This document shows, piece after piece, positions 1 through 12,500 of a stretch of 64,000 nt of DNA. Within the stretch, counting starts at the first letter, position 1; each line of letters starts with the position of its first letter. A program made the position numbers and the translations under genes. The DNA comes from Lepidodermella squamata (taxonomy: Eukaryota; Animalia; Gastrotricha). The notes below the pieces were generated by a model. The model saw only the letters and a program-made list of their open reading frames with translations, was not told the DNA's origin and did no database searches. The stretch is from contig JBLDXI010000029.1 of the NCBI GenBank assembly GCA_047495785.1, forward strand, positions 558,001 to 622,000, read 5' to 3'.

Positions 1-489
1 TGCCTGAAAAAACGATGATGTGATACTTGTTTGCCTCGGATAATCTGCAAAATTCGTAGAACGAGAAAGTATTACAGCTTTTAGTAACAATTTTTCACGC
101 TTACTATTTACATTGCAAGGAATGAGCAAAAATTTTGCCCATTTTTTTATCACTCAATACTGCGCTAATATATGACTTTTTTACTGGATCTCGAGAAGAA
201 CAACATGAACAGCCTTCTACAATCATTTTTCAATTAATATATCTATCAGCTACCGTGTGTTTTGTGCATATTATCTCTTTTGTTTTTCTCTCCTCACTTT
301 GCCATTATTATTATGAAAATATTCATCGATACGAAAATGCTGGAAGCTATAAGCCTCACTAGTGTTTTTGAACAAAAAATGCAGCGAATTTTCGAGCGAG
401 AAACAACGACGAATAAAATCAATCTTCAATGATGAAAAATTGCGTGATTTTTTCTAGAATATTGTTTTTGTCTTTTGGTTCGGGAATTA

Positions 490-1892
490 ATGGCGTTACC
501 AGCTGGGTCGACGGTGGAAAAAGCGTTGCGGTTGTTGCGTGGACTGCCGCGCGTTGCCATGAATAATATCGCTGAGTTGCCGAATACGCCGCGGAAGCCG
601 AGACGCGGCCGCGGCCAGCACCACGGCTATGAGTATGGCTTCGAGCCGAAACACTGTCCGCGGCACCGCAATGAAATGCACCCGTTAGGCTTCGAAGGCG
701 GCTCCATTCCGTACTACATGCGCATGCCCAAGCAGCCGTACTACGCTGGACATCAGTAATTTTTTAGTTTTTTATTGTTCTAATACAGCGATCTCAATGC
801 AAACAATGAGAATGCGGCAAAATGCCATTTTAATGTATTTACGAAGAATTTAAGGCTCCGGCGCAAGATTTGACCATTTTTCAGTTCTCGTTTTCATTGG
901 AATTTCTGTTTTTCATTATCTCTTAGCGGCCAGTTTGCAATCATACTTGGGTCTGTAGAGACGATATCGAATACAATTATCGATGTTAAAAATCAGTGAT
1001 TTTTCCGATACCAAAAGTCTATGAAACGCGCATTTGGGATTCTACCAATTTGAGTGGACTAGTTTTAGCTGTGATTGAAATCTTAGGATCACATGTTTTA
1101 AATCTCGGTTTTCGGATTTTATTCATTAAATTCCGCGCCCAACAGTGGGTCTAAATTTATCTTGGAGTTCTATATCTTGGAATTGTTTCATGTTTTATCC
1201 ACTCATAGTGCAAAACAGCAATATCCGCCATTCACGCTGATGCAACTGCAACGAGCGTTGGATCTCGGCCGATTGGATCCGGCACAGCCGATTGACCTCA
1301 CAGCAATCTGCAACGCATTGGCGCTCCGTTTCGACATTCACGAGGAACGCCATGGTGGGATTATGCTCTCAGATGAGGTAAGTAAACAGGAAATAACTAG
1401 ATTCACTTGCATAAATACACGAATTTTCAGGGAGCCGACATTTTCGCCGCTAAGATCAACATCGAGGTGCAACGGGCGTCTGAATTGGCGATTGCGGCTA
1501 TTGAGCGCAATGGCGGGACCGTGACCACGCGGTATTTCGACCCGCTGGCGCTTGAAGCCGTCGTTGATCCCGCTGCGTTCTTCAAACGCGGCTCGCCGAT
1601 TCCCCGATGTGCACTTCCGCCAGCCAGCGAAATTCCGTACTACGCATCGGCGCGCAATCGCGGCTACCTGGCGAATCCTGCCGAAGTGGCTGAGGAACGG
1701 AAGATTCTGGCGCAGAAGTATGGCTACACGCTGCCGGATCTGGACCGAGATCCGGATGCGGCTATGCTGAAGCTGAAAAAAGACCCGCGGCAGATATTCT
1801 GGGGTCTGGAACCCGGTTGGGTGGTGAATCTTCGCGACCGGGCTGTTTACAAGCCGACGAATCCGGAACTGCTCAAATTCTACGCTGCTTGA
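490..1892 (+). CDS. MRPL15: Mitochondrial ribosomal protein uL15m, 3 exons (490-755, 1209-1377, 1431-1892)
   Basis: uL15 motifs GFEGGSIPYYMRMPK, LQRALDLGRLDPAQPIDLT, NIEVQRASELAIAAIERNGG and KDPRQIFWGLEPGWVVNL. GT/AG junctions join the three ORF pieces in phase. AATAAA at 1942-1947. Confidence 0.95.
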
Positions 1893-2776
1893 TTACTTTA
1901 GTCTAGTCGAAACTGCTAGCGTTGTGCTTCAAGGTGCCATAAATAAAAAGCCTTAACAGTTTTTACTTTATTGCCAAATTGGCTTTTAAACTATTTGCAA
2001 CGCATTTTTCCACCGACAGACTACTTGTCTTCATCACTGACTGTTTCGTGTTTCCATACGAAGTGGTAATTGGTAGGAGTCAATGTCAGGAGAATTCCGG
2101 TTTGCTGGAAGAGGAGACGCAAAATGCAGGTCATGCCTCAATGCGGTTGATTTCACTAATTGATTCATTGACTGAAAATTGACTCCGTCGACGGCATCAA
2201 AACCCTTAAGCCTGGCCAAATTGCTTTGTCGTGTCGTAGCTATTAGATTTATAGCTCACATCGCTTTTTATCCTACTGTGTAAAAAGAAGTTGAGGGCAT
2301 AAATAAAGTACGAGACAAACATATTCGACTGTTTTTCCACTGCAAAGTCTCAGTGAAAGTGGATCAAAGTGGAGAATTGATTCGATAGATAGCGAATATA
2401 TTTCTGTTGAAGTGTTCCAAGAATTGTTTTGGCTTGCAGTTCTTTTTTTACTGATTAAACCTTTCCAACTGGGTTATCGCGGCCGTATGGGATGCCACGC
2501 TTTCTGGTCATCATATCAGCCTATGTTGATCGGACGATAGAACAATAGATGATTGAACAAAGCAAGTTTCTTGGTGGAAGAATATAACGTGTAACACTAG
2601 CTTAACGCACATTCACTTGAATAGGCACCGATTACCGTTGTCATGGCGCATCCACATTGCTGGATTGGTCATTGCGCAATTCAAGCTTTTGCGAGCTGCA
2701 GTGTTGCGCGTTACATGCACGTATAACCTACTCTTGCATTAAACTGTTTAGTTTGGTTCAGCACACTTTGCAAGAA

Positions 2777-4198
2777 ATGTTAACAGCTTTAAGCCTTAAG
2801 CCTTTACTATTTTCAACATTTTTTGCTCATCTGCTCTTCGATTCTATTAACGATCGGGCAGGGGGAGCAGGGAATCTCGTAGCCCCACCCATTGACGAAG
2901 GTGAACAATGCCTGGACAGTCTACAAACGAATAACTGCTCCACAGCCAGATTCTGTCCTATAGCTCATGAAGTATCACCATTTGATTTACCTCGTTCCGG
3001 CATAGACCTTCGCAAGGCAGCACATGACGATGACCAAAATGCCATCACGGAACATATCAGATCTATTTACTTCGATAGAGTGCGGCGAAAATTGTTAACA
3101 AATTGCCGGGATCCAGACTACTGCAGACCTAAATTCATAGCATATTCCTGTGACAATGAAAAATTGGCGAAGACAACAGGCTTCAAGTCTTGCTGCGGCT
3201 TTGGGGACCGTCTGCGCGGAGTAGTTGCCACTTTCTATATGGCTCTGCTTACCGATACCATTTTCACGCTTGACTGGGTGCACCCGTTACCTCTACATCA
3301 GTTCTTCGCCGTTAACAATCAATTATATGGATTAGGAAGCCGTTCATCGCCGAGTTGCCTGCTTCAAGAAGGCAACGCGACCTTTTGGAATTTTGTACAG
3401 GATGAAGGTGCAGCAGAGTCTATTATTGCTGATGACACTAACTTACTAATAAATGAACTTTCATCGCCAAGTTCATCGCCTGGGGTCGCTATGACACTCA
3501 ACTCTTTAAAACCGATCGATAGCCTCTTTCAAAGAAAGAATATATTCGGAGCTATGATCGAAGCCTATGATTTATCTCATCTTACAAAAACGCAGTTGGT
3601 ATCCGCAGGACTCAGGATTGCTTTTGGTAGGCCTCAACCTCGTCTAACGTGGCTTGTTAACCAGCTATGGCGTGCAACAGTTGGTAAGGATCTGAAATCA
3701 GTCGGTCAAACTATCGGCCTTCACCTTCGTTACAACAATGCCGGTTGGTCTGAGAGAAAAAGAGTGCTAAAAAGTCAAACAATCTGCTTTGTTAACGAGG
3801 TAAAACGCCTGGTTTCACAGAAAAACCTAACAAATGCTGCTGTATTTATTGCTGGCGATAACATCGGAAACATCAAGATTGCCATGAAACTGCTGAAAAG
3901 GGATGGGATTAGCTCATATCGAGCTCCCGATTTCAGATCTAAGCACCTAGCTTTTGTTGGAACCACTGGTGAAAATGGACGATCTGACGAAAGAAAATGG
4001 CTTGAAGCAGCAGCAACTTTCAGGGACTGGTTAATGCTGACGAGAATGAACTATCTTGTAATCAGCCGATCATCATTTGCGGAGACGGCGGCTTTATTTT
4101 CACGTAAGCCAGCACGCAGGTTCAACCATCGATTTAACAATTCGTGTCATTTTGAGGACTACAGTTATAATATTTCATTTAATATGGAGGATGCGTAA
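2777..4198 (+). CDS. Intronless type II membrane glycosyltransferase of the GT-B fucosyltransferase superfamily (FUT8/NodZ/GT37/POFUT-like fold)
   Basis: First ATG at 2777 followed by a hydrophobic anchor. Motifs GFGDRLRGVVATFYMALLT, IGLHLR, VFIAGD and LVISRSSFAETAA match the GDP-fucose-binding motifs of this superfamily. Confidence 0.7.
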   Translation: MLTALSLKPLLFSTFFAHLLFDSINDRAGGAGNLVAPPIDEGEQCLDSLQTNNCSTARFCPIAHEVSPFDLPRSGIDLRKAAHDDDQNAITEHIRSIYFDRVRRKLLTNCRDPDYCRPKFIAYSCDNEKLAKTTGFKSCCGFGDRLRGVVATFYMALLTDTIFTLDWVHPLPLHQFFAVNNQLYGLGSRSSPSCLLQEGNATFWNFVQDEGAAESIIADDTNLLINELSSPSSSPGVAMTLNSLKPIDSLFQRKNIFGAMIEAYDLSHLTKTQLVSAGLRIAFGRPQPRLTWLVNQLWRATVGKDLKSVGQTIGLHLRYNNAGWSERKRVLKSQTICFVNEVKRLVSQKNLTNAAVFIAGDNIGNIKIAMKLLKRDGISSYRAPDFRSKHLAFVGTTGENGRSDERKWLEAAATFRDWLMLTRMNYLVISRSSFAETAALFSRKPARRFNHRFNNSCHFEDYSYNISFNMEDA

Positions 4199-4519
4199 TT
4201 GTTGATTTACATGAAAGTACAAATGAAACTGAAATTTCCTCATTCAGTGACATATGTATATAAGTGAAAAATCGCCCGCTTTTTTACTTGGATGTTATTT
4301 TGAAGTTTGACAAAGGGCATCAACCGCAAGTTAACGATTTGGAATGACGCACAGACGATTAACCGAATAAAAAAACCGCATGTACGAGCTTCGATATCAT
4401 TATCAGTTTTATTATTATTTCACTTGACACGAAGTCACAACGGTGTCGACGGATTATGGTTATAATCTGTAAAAGGTTCAATCACCTCGTTAGTTAGCCC
4501 GACTTATCAGGCGATCGGA

Positions 4520-6084
4520 TCATTGCATCGCCTCTGTTTCGCGCGACACTACATTCGACCTTCTTCGCGGAGAAACATCACAGTTTTCCTTGTGCTTCCA
4601 ATTGACCTTGGACCTACATATCTGCCGGTGGACAAAGGCGCGGTGCTCCGTGGCAAACTTACTCTTGCAACCATCACACTGAAAACCCCCAATGATTGCG
4701 TGTGCTTTGAGCCAATGGCGTTCCAATTTCTCAGCTGAGGAGAATCGTGTTGTGCATTGCGAACATGGAAATCCAAGATGCTGCGCGTGAAATCCCTTCA
4801 CATGGGCTTTCAGCGATGCATCATTTACGTAAGATTTCAGGCAACTTGCACATTGAAAGCGTGGTCGTTCAGGATCGCAATTCGGATTCTTATTTAAGTG
4901 AAGGGTATGAGCCGCCCTTGTGTTCAATAGCGATTTCCCGCAAAATTTACATTCTTGTCGAGAAATCTCGAAATGCTTTGAGCGGAGATGACCAAATCGC
5001 TTCATTCGAGTACTGCCTTTCCAATCACAATACTGGCACTGAAAAAGCTTATGCTCGACAGACATGTCATGTTTCATACGCTTGTGAAGCTGAAGTGTTG
5101 CCTCACTGGAATAACTTCTGCCACAAATGGAACAGCTCAAACACAAATCAGGGTGATAATTTCTGACATGTGCTTGTAGTCCTCCTTTGCGTCGGAACAG
5201 ATTCGCGCAAGTCGAGCAGCTGAAGGTGGCATTTAAATGGTGATATCCGGCCTTGTGTCTTGCGAGAAGATCCAATGACAAGAATCTGCGCGGGCATGCG
5301 TCACAGGGGTGCTCAAATATAACCCGGTGGCGTTTGCGGATATGCGCCTGCAAATTCTTCTCTTTCAGGAAACTTCTGTTGCACGACGAACATTTGTATT
5401 GCCTACAAGGCGCCAAATGGCTATGCACTGAATCCAAATGACGTTCAAGGCCCTGTTGAGACATGCACTTCCATTGGCACACATCACACTCATATATCAT
5501 TCCCTCAGGATGACATACGGAGAGATGATAACCCAAGCCATTTTTGCTTGCGTATCGCTTGTCACAAAATCCACAATTGATCTTAGCAGAATCTGGCGAA
5601 TGTTTCACACGAATGTGTAGGTCAAGCCCAGGATATGAGCCGAATTTTCTCTCACAATACCTACATGCGAATGCTCGAGCAATGAGATGTACTTTTTCAC
5701 GATGCTTCGTTAGACCAGGCATTTTAGAAAAGCTCGAAGGGCAATCTTCACAACTGTAGAGCTTCGGCATCGACGTTGAAGCGGCTGCTAATTTTAGCGA
5801 TGAGCCTGACTGCATGACTTTCATGTATTTCTGTGTTATCGCGATTCGATGATTACCCTACTGATGAGTGAAGTTCCCAATCAAAAACATAACTAATGTC
5901 AGAAACATCTACAAATTTCACATTAAAATAGATCAGGGAAAAGGGCCGTTTTACCATTAACACAATGCGCTATGATACGATCGAAATCTCTATTGAGAAG
6001 ACAAACGGAACAGACCAAGTAATCATGCCTCATTTTCAGGCTATTTCTTAACCGGCGCGACAGGCGTGCGGAGACAGTGCACAT
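4520..6084 (-). CDS. C2H2 zinc-finger protein with about 13 fingers; main exon 4520-5809, probable upstream exons 5862-5908 and 5955-6084
   Basis: 13 tandem Cx2C-x12-Hx3-5H/C units in ORF 4520-5824. The upstream exons join in phase through 46- and 52-nt introns, but the 5' end is uncertain. Confidence 0.85.
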
Positions 6085-6531
6085 ATCTCCAAGCACTTTT
6101 ATGTCAATCTGCGGAATTCGCTGACGGATTGTAAACTAAGAAACTATGGCGGCTTCCCAAATACGGACTAATAAACTACGATACCTATTTGAAATCTGAA
6201 CAGAAAATATTTTTTGGAAATTGTCAAGTGTCTGAGATTTGATTGATTTGATTGATTAGTTTGCTTTATTTTCATCAGGTCGATCAGGATCCCAGTTCGG
6301 ACTCCTGTCCAAGTGACATGTGAAAAACAAGTGACTTAATTTGCAAATATATACACTCAAAAAACTCGATTTTTCAACAAACGCTTTACTGTTAAAACAC
6401 TTAGTTGTCTTCAAGTTATAACCAAATTTGAGAATCAGTCATTCAAGATCAGCAGGTTAGAATTGTGGTCAAAAGTAACATTTTAATAAGCAATCATTTG
6501 GCTACGAAAGTTCAGCAGTTGGCCATGAATG

Positions 6532-9500
6532 TTAAAAAGCAAACGATTCATCAGCATCGCCACGCGACAGAGAAATGCGGCTTTCGCTCTCGTCTACCGT
6601 AGTATCGCCGCCTCGATTTGCGGTCACGAAGCCAGTTTGGTCATCTTCATCCTCACCTTCTTCATCTTCCTCATTTTCAGTATCAGCCTCGTGTTCTTCT
6701 TCTTCCACCGGCTCGCTTTGCCCAGTTTCATCAACTACGCCATTGGCACCTTCAGTTGACACTGTCGAAGCGGTTTGGTCATTCTCATACTCTTCAGTCG
6801 ACTCATTGTCATCATCATCATCCAGCTCAATCACCGAATTTGGCACGATTTTCGTCGATTGGTTTCGGGAGTTGTCATTTTCGAGCGAACGCTCATGCGA
6901 ATTCCGCTTTATGCCATGCTTCTCCCTGATCCCGTTGCTGTTCGAAGCAGCCGAGTTGAGACTGCCGCTATCAATATTTCTCGAATTACGAATAGCGAGG
7001 GGTGAAATCGCAAAAACAGGCGCGAAACTCTTCTGCGGCGGACGTAGCGCGCCTGGGTTGAACGGAGTCGATGAGACAACAGGCAAAACGCCCAAAGCCG
7101 GCGTTCCAGAGCTGTTCGAGCTCGAATTCACGCTCAAGAAGTTGTTAGAACCCCTGTCAAATCGCTGCCGATTTCCAGCCTGCACCTCGTCGTCTTCCCC
7201 GTCAATGACGATAACGTTAGGAGATTTGCGATCCGGGACAATTTCCTGCACATCATCATCATCATCGTCATCTTCGATAACGATGCGACCTTTGCCTTTT
7301 TTCGGCCGAGCTTGGATGATGGATTCGTTGTTTGTGTTATTAGACGAGATCGGTCGGGCGAGAGATTCACGCTGAGCAGTCGAATTACGAGCTGACACGT
7401 CCATCTGCTGAGCTTCTTCTTCATCTTCTTCAAATATACCAGAAATCGTCAAAGCTAAGATTAAAAAGGCGAAAATACTAACCAGCCGGCTCTTCCTCCG
7501 ATTCGAGCTCGATGACTTCGTGAACAGGCTGGTCGTCACTCATTGGCTGCGAAGCTGTTCGAGATGTCGCGCCACTCCGACCATCATCAGCCTGATCCGC
7601 CTGGTGATCAGCTTCCTGAACCTCATCGCCATCACCATTTCCATCCTCCTCTTCCTGATCGTCCTCATCGTCAAAGTAACGATTCCGTTGTGCAGCGGCT
7701 AGATTACCGCGATTCGGTTGAATGAGGCTCTGGTCCAATGACGCAGTTTCAGTTGCATCGCCCGCGTCCTCGTCTTCATCGCTTTCCAGCACGATGACTT
7801 CGTTCTTATTCGAAGCTGCGTTCAACTCGGCATCGCTGAAACTTCGATGCAGCGTTTGCGTGAAGCTTTTCTCCTTCTGGCCACGGCCAAGCAGCTTCGG
7901 TGGTGTGAATTCAGTTTGACCAGCTTTCACCAAACCTAAAAAATGAAAAAACTAGATAAACCTTGAAGTTTAGGAAAAGTCGCATACCTTTTTTCTGCAA
8001 GTATAACGGCAATTCAGAGGGCAACTGCATCATATACTCGTACTTCGACGGCGGCACTGGCGGCGGCGGCTGAGAGGGTTTTGCGATAGACGGCAGTTGA
8101 GACGCGCCAAAACCACGCGGATACAGCCCGGCAGCCGGATCGACCTGCTTCTCCGCCATCGGTTGTCGATTTCGGGCTGGCAAGTCCACAACCGACCCAG
8201 GGTTACGGCTCTCCTCCTCAATCGCTCGTTTCGCCCTTTCGACCAACGCTTTGGTGTTTTCATCTTTCTCCAACACCTCATCTTCCGGCTTCGTGAACAG
8301 CAGGTCATGGTCAGAAATTCCGACAACGCCGCTGATGCCATTGATGAAATCGATATGCTGATCCAGATCTTCGTCACTGACACGTTGAAGCGCGTGCATT
8401 CGCTCAAGTTGAGCCTGGGTATCGGACGATTTCGTATCGCTGAGTTTGAACAACTCACGCAGGTCTTGGTGCGTGAAATACCGCATCGGATCGTCGGAGT
8501 TATTCGACGACAGGGAGCCCATGCTAGAATGCGCGACTTGTTTGAAAATCGACACTTTGAACACCTGGCGTCTGTAGATTTTCTCCTCTACCGTTCCAGC
8601 GGTGATCAGCCGGTAGACGACGACATTTCGCTTCTGGCCAACACGATAGACACGATCGACAGCTTGCGAGTCAACCGCAGGGTTCCATGCTAATAAATTT
8701 GAAGTTGAAATGTAAATCAGGCTTGGAATTTTGAGGACACTTTAACAATGAAATAAGCCCGCAAAATACTTTTGCAGAGTTTACATTTGCTCTTGCACCA
8801 CTGAGATCCACCGAAGCTGTAACAGTTCAGCAAAGGTGGATTAGATCGAGTGCAACCTTAACCAGTGCGTACGAGGAGCCGAGTTAAATGCTAGGGCCCT
8901 AAAGCGACGGTTCCACATTCATAGAGTAAAGGTGGACTGGGCGCAAAATGCCAAGTCGAATTTGGTAACAAAATCTGTGCCACGCGCGATGATTTCAAAG
9001 TTCTCTGTTCATCCTTACTGATACTATTGTGACATTGGTCGCAATGTCACATCTTCAAAGGGTCACTTGAACGACCTACCTGCCTCAAAGGTGGCTATCC
9101 ATTTCAAGCATAGTGGATCAAAAAACTGTGAAGAATTTTATCGATTCCAGTGAGGTCACTGTGTTGTAATGTGACGTTGACTGTGCATAGTATTTAGTCT
9201 TCTTCAGACAAAGCACAAAGCAACTCTTGAGCTCTTTCCTAGTTGATCCTAGTTGATCAACTTGGAAAGAGCTCAAGAGTTGCTGGAAAATGAAACTCTG
9301 GCTAAGTTGAACACCGATGTGATGCATCCTGAGGACAATCCTCTGTTTGGAAAACGGCGTGAAACATTAGACCATGGCGATGTCGGCAATACGCGTAAGC
9401 TGCAGCGGCGCCAAGATAAAATCGTCTACGATGTTTATGACCCAATCTCCGTGGCTAAAGTGGTTCGAGAATCGCCCAATGAATTCATTTTTTATCGGCC

Positions 9501-12500
9501 TGCTTCCGGTGACAGCCCATTCCAGATTCTCTTTCTCAGCAAGTAGCAGCGATCGCTCGTCGAAAAAGACTCCATACAAGACATTCTATTCATGGATAGG
9601 ACGTACAGCAACGTGACCCACTTGGGCTATAGGTTTTATACAGTCATGGCAAAGGCGGTTCTTGTCGCTTTTCTACAAAAAGACGACAGTGACAATATCA
9701 CCGATTGCTTAGGGGCTTTTAAACTGCGTTTCTGGATTATAGGCAATTTACTTTTTCACCTTTCCCGATTATGGCGAGAATCCCCTGAGGCTGAGGCTGA
9801 GCCGGGAATCTGATCGGCCGGGAATAGGGTTGGTTGACCTGAATACGGAGGAGATGCTCGAATTAGCTAATCAGCTAATCGATAGCTTGCATGAACCACC
9901 GAGCCCACAGCCTATTATCGGAGTCCAAATTGAGAATTTTCCCGAACCAGAACCCATTCAGGGGGTCTTGGGAGAATCAGGTCAGGAAATTATTGACGAA
10001 TCGTTTTCAACCGCGTCATCTAGCGTAATTCCTTCAAAGCTTGTATCAGAGGGCACATCTTCCGAAAAAACAGTGCCGGTTAATTCGGCGCCTAGTACGT
10101 CAAAAAATGTGTTCCCATTCGAGCGCAAGCGCGATGATGGTAGGCCCTTGCGTCAAATCGAGCCTTCATCAAAGGCCAAAATGAATCTCGCACAGGCCGG
10201 GCTCTTGAGCAAAGTAATTAATTTGTTCAAGTAGCGAAAACAAAATTACCAAAATTCCCAAATTTAGCGCTCTATGCAAGATGCGATTACAACATTCGAG
10301 TCTGTTGTTATAAAAAGAGCAAGAATTGTATATAAAAAAATGTTAGTTGACTCGGAAATATTCGAATTTTTTCTCTCACATCGTTAATCTTCGAATGAAT
10401 CATCTCGAAATTTTTGTCCCTTCATTTACCTTAAACTTTTTCCTCATTAAAATCTCTGACTTTCTAACCCCAAGCGCGTGAGCCAACGGTTGCTGAGTTG
10501 CTGAGTCGCTGTAAAAATATTAGGCGAATCGATAGTCGATTGTCAAAATTTATGAAATTAAAATATTATTAATTTCAACGCTGTCAATTGTAAATATTTG
10601 GGTGAAATGATTGAATTTTCTCAATTTATTCAAAAAATCTTTCGAATAGTATATGGTTGTATGAAAGACACTATTGTGTGTGTATTGTAAACATCACACG
10701 GCGATGTTTAGAAGATGCAGGCTTAGATGCAGGCTGGCGCGTTAGGGATCTCACCTATGCATGGAATCTGTCTCGGGCGATAACCATCGTCAAAGAGGAA
10801 TAAACTGACCAACAACAATGATTTCTTTCGCTTTACCAGGATGTTTCTGTTCTATCTACGGTTTTTAGAAACTATTAGCACATTTCATTATTTAGTAGCA
10901 GTTCGCGCCTTTTCCCCGTTTGAATCCCCGTTTACCAGCTCATGCTCTTGTGATGAAACGAACATCCGAGCCATAGAGAACGGAGTGATCTGTGATCCGA
11001 GCTCTCAGTTCAGCTTTACAAGGCGTGTGCGCGCAGCTTGGATCCGGCTGCCCACAAGTATTGTCAATTGTCAATAATTCTCATACCGCGTGTCTGCGAT
11101 ATCTTAAATCTAAACCGGATGAACTATTAGATTTTACGACCTCTGAAGTGAGGCGCCGAGAATTAACCTATTGCTAACTGTTGTGAAACAAAATGTATAA
11201 TAAAATCAGAATCAGAATCAGCAGGTTTCACCCATTCTATTGGCGATTTCATTTTTACTCATATTGTTAAAGGCAATTTGGAAGAATATAAGCCAGGAGC
11301 TATCCGCGTGAAAGGCTATTCATGCCACTGGAAAGCCCGCCCGTTTAGCCAATACGGCCCCTCGTATACAGTTCATTATGATTTCGAATTTCATTTTAAA
11401 TCTCAAATCTTACCCGGATCGACAATAATGACTCGATCTGCTGCCGTCAGAGTCAGCCCAACACCGCCAACTTGCGTCGTTAACAGCAGAACTTTGTACC
11501 GATCTGACGTCTGGAATTTGTCGATAATCTTCTGCCGCTCTTCCAATTTATGCACCTGGCCATCGAGCCGTAAAAATTTGATATTCAGCCGACTTTTCAA
11601 AATCTGCGCAACCACGTTCAGCATTTTCAAACTCATTGAAAACACCAAAACTTTGTGGCCTTCTTCGACTAAACGCGGCAAAATCGCGAAGAGGAACGAA
11701 GTTTTGATTGATTGGTCGATACAAATTGCCAAATCATCGAGTTCAACGCCATCGGGACCCATCACAGACGGAGCTCGACCATTCTGGTCGGCGTGATTCT
11801 CGCCCAAATGTTGATCCCAGGCGATGCCTAAGACCTCACACGCATTTTCTGACAGCAATCTAGGGTGATCGCAAATTTTCTTCAAAACGATGAGCTGCGT
11901 CAGGGGCGATGTCTTATTAGACGGGTCGAGTAGATATTTGACTTCATCAGTGGTTAGGAAACGCCGATAAATGTCTTCCTGCTCCTTTGATAGCGTCAGC
12001 CAAACGACGAGATCGTTTTTCCGCGGTAGCGTTGGCATCATGGCTTTGGGCGGGCCCGCATTCCCGTGATTTGACGCGGATTCCCCGTCGCTAGCCCCGC
12101 TTATTCCGCTCTCAGGGCGTGGCACGGCACTAGCTGGCCGGATCCCGACTTCGTCTTTGGTTCGGCGAAGTAGGTAAGGCTCGATGATTTGGCGTAGAGA
12201 TTCGGCGAATTCGTTGCCTAGACGCCTCGCGTGGGCTGATGCGCATTTTTTGCGACCATCTTCGATTGCGTTGCCGTAGTTCGAGTTGAATGTGCGCATT
12301 GAGCCGAGGAGTTGGCCAAAATGCGTAAAGTCGAATAGAGCCCACAATTCAGGCAGCTTGTTTTGCAGTGGCGTGCCAGTCAGGATTATGCTAAAATATA
12401 AGAATAAAATTAGTAAATCCCTGAACGCCGGGGACTAGAAAGCAAAGATCATGCACGGTCAACTTCGTATTCCAAAAAGCGGGAGTATAAATTGAAGTAA

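Noticed and set aside
135-362. 75-aa ORF upstream of MRPL15
   Set aside because: TTG start, AT-rich, no recognisable motif; likely promoter or UTR sequence.
1960-2260. Possible minus-strand terminal exons (QTGILLTLTPTNYHFVWKHETVSDEDK*) with AATAAA near 1966
   Set aside because: Weak donor, no recognisable homology and no upstream gene model could be built.
6575-7375. 266-aa Ser-rich plus-strand ORF
   Set aside because: Antisense shadow of the acidic ERCC6L tail. The same applies to the antisense ORFs over DPYD, DOCK and the LRR genes.
7455-7482. 28-nt intron in ERCC6L using a TAG acceptor
   Set aside because: Far below the local intron size range. An in-phase AAG acceptor at 7428 gives a typical 55-nt intron.
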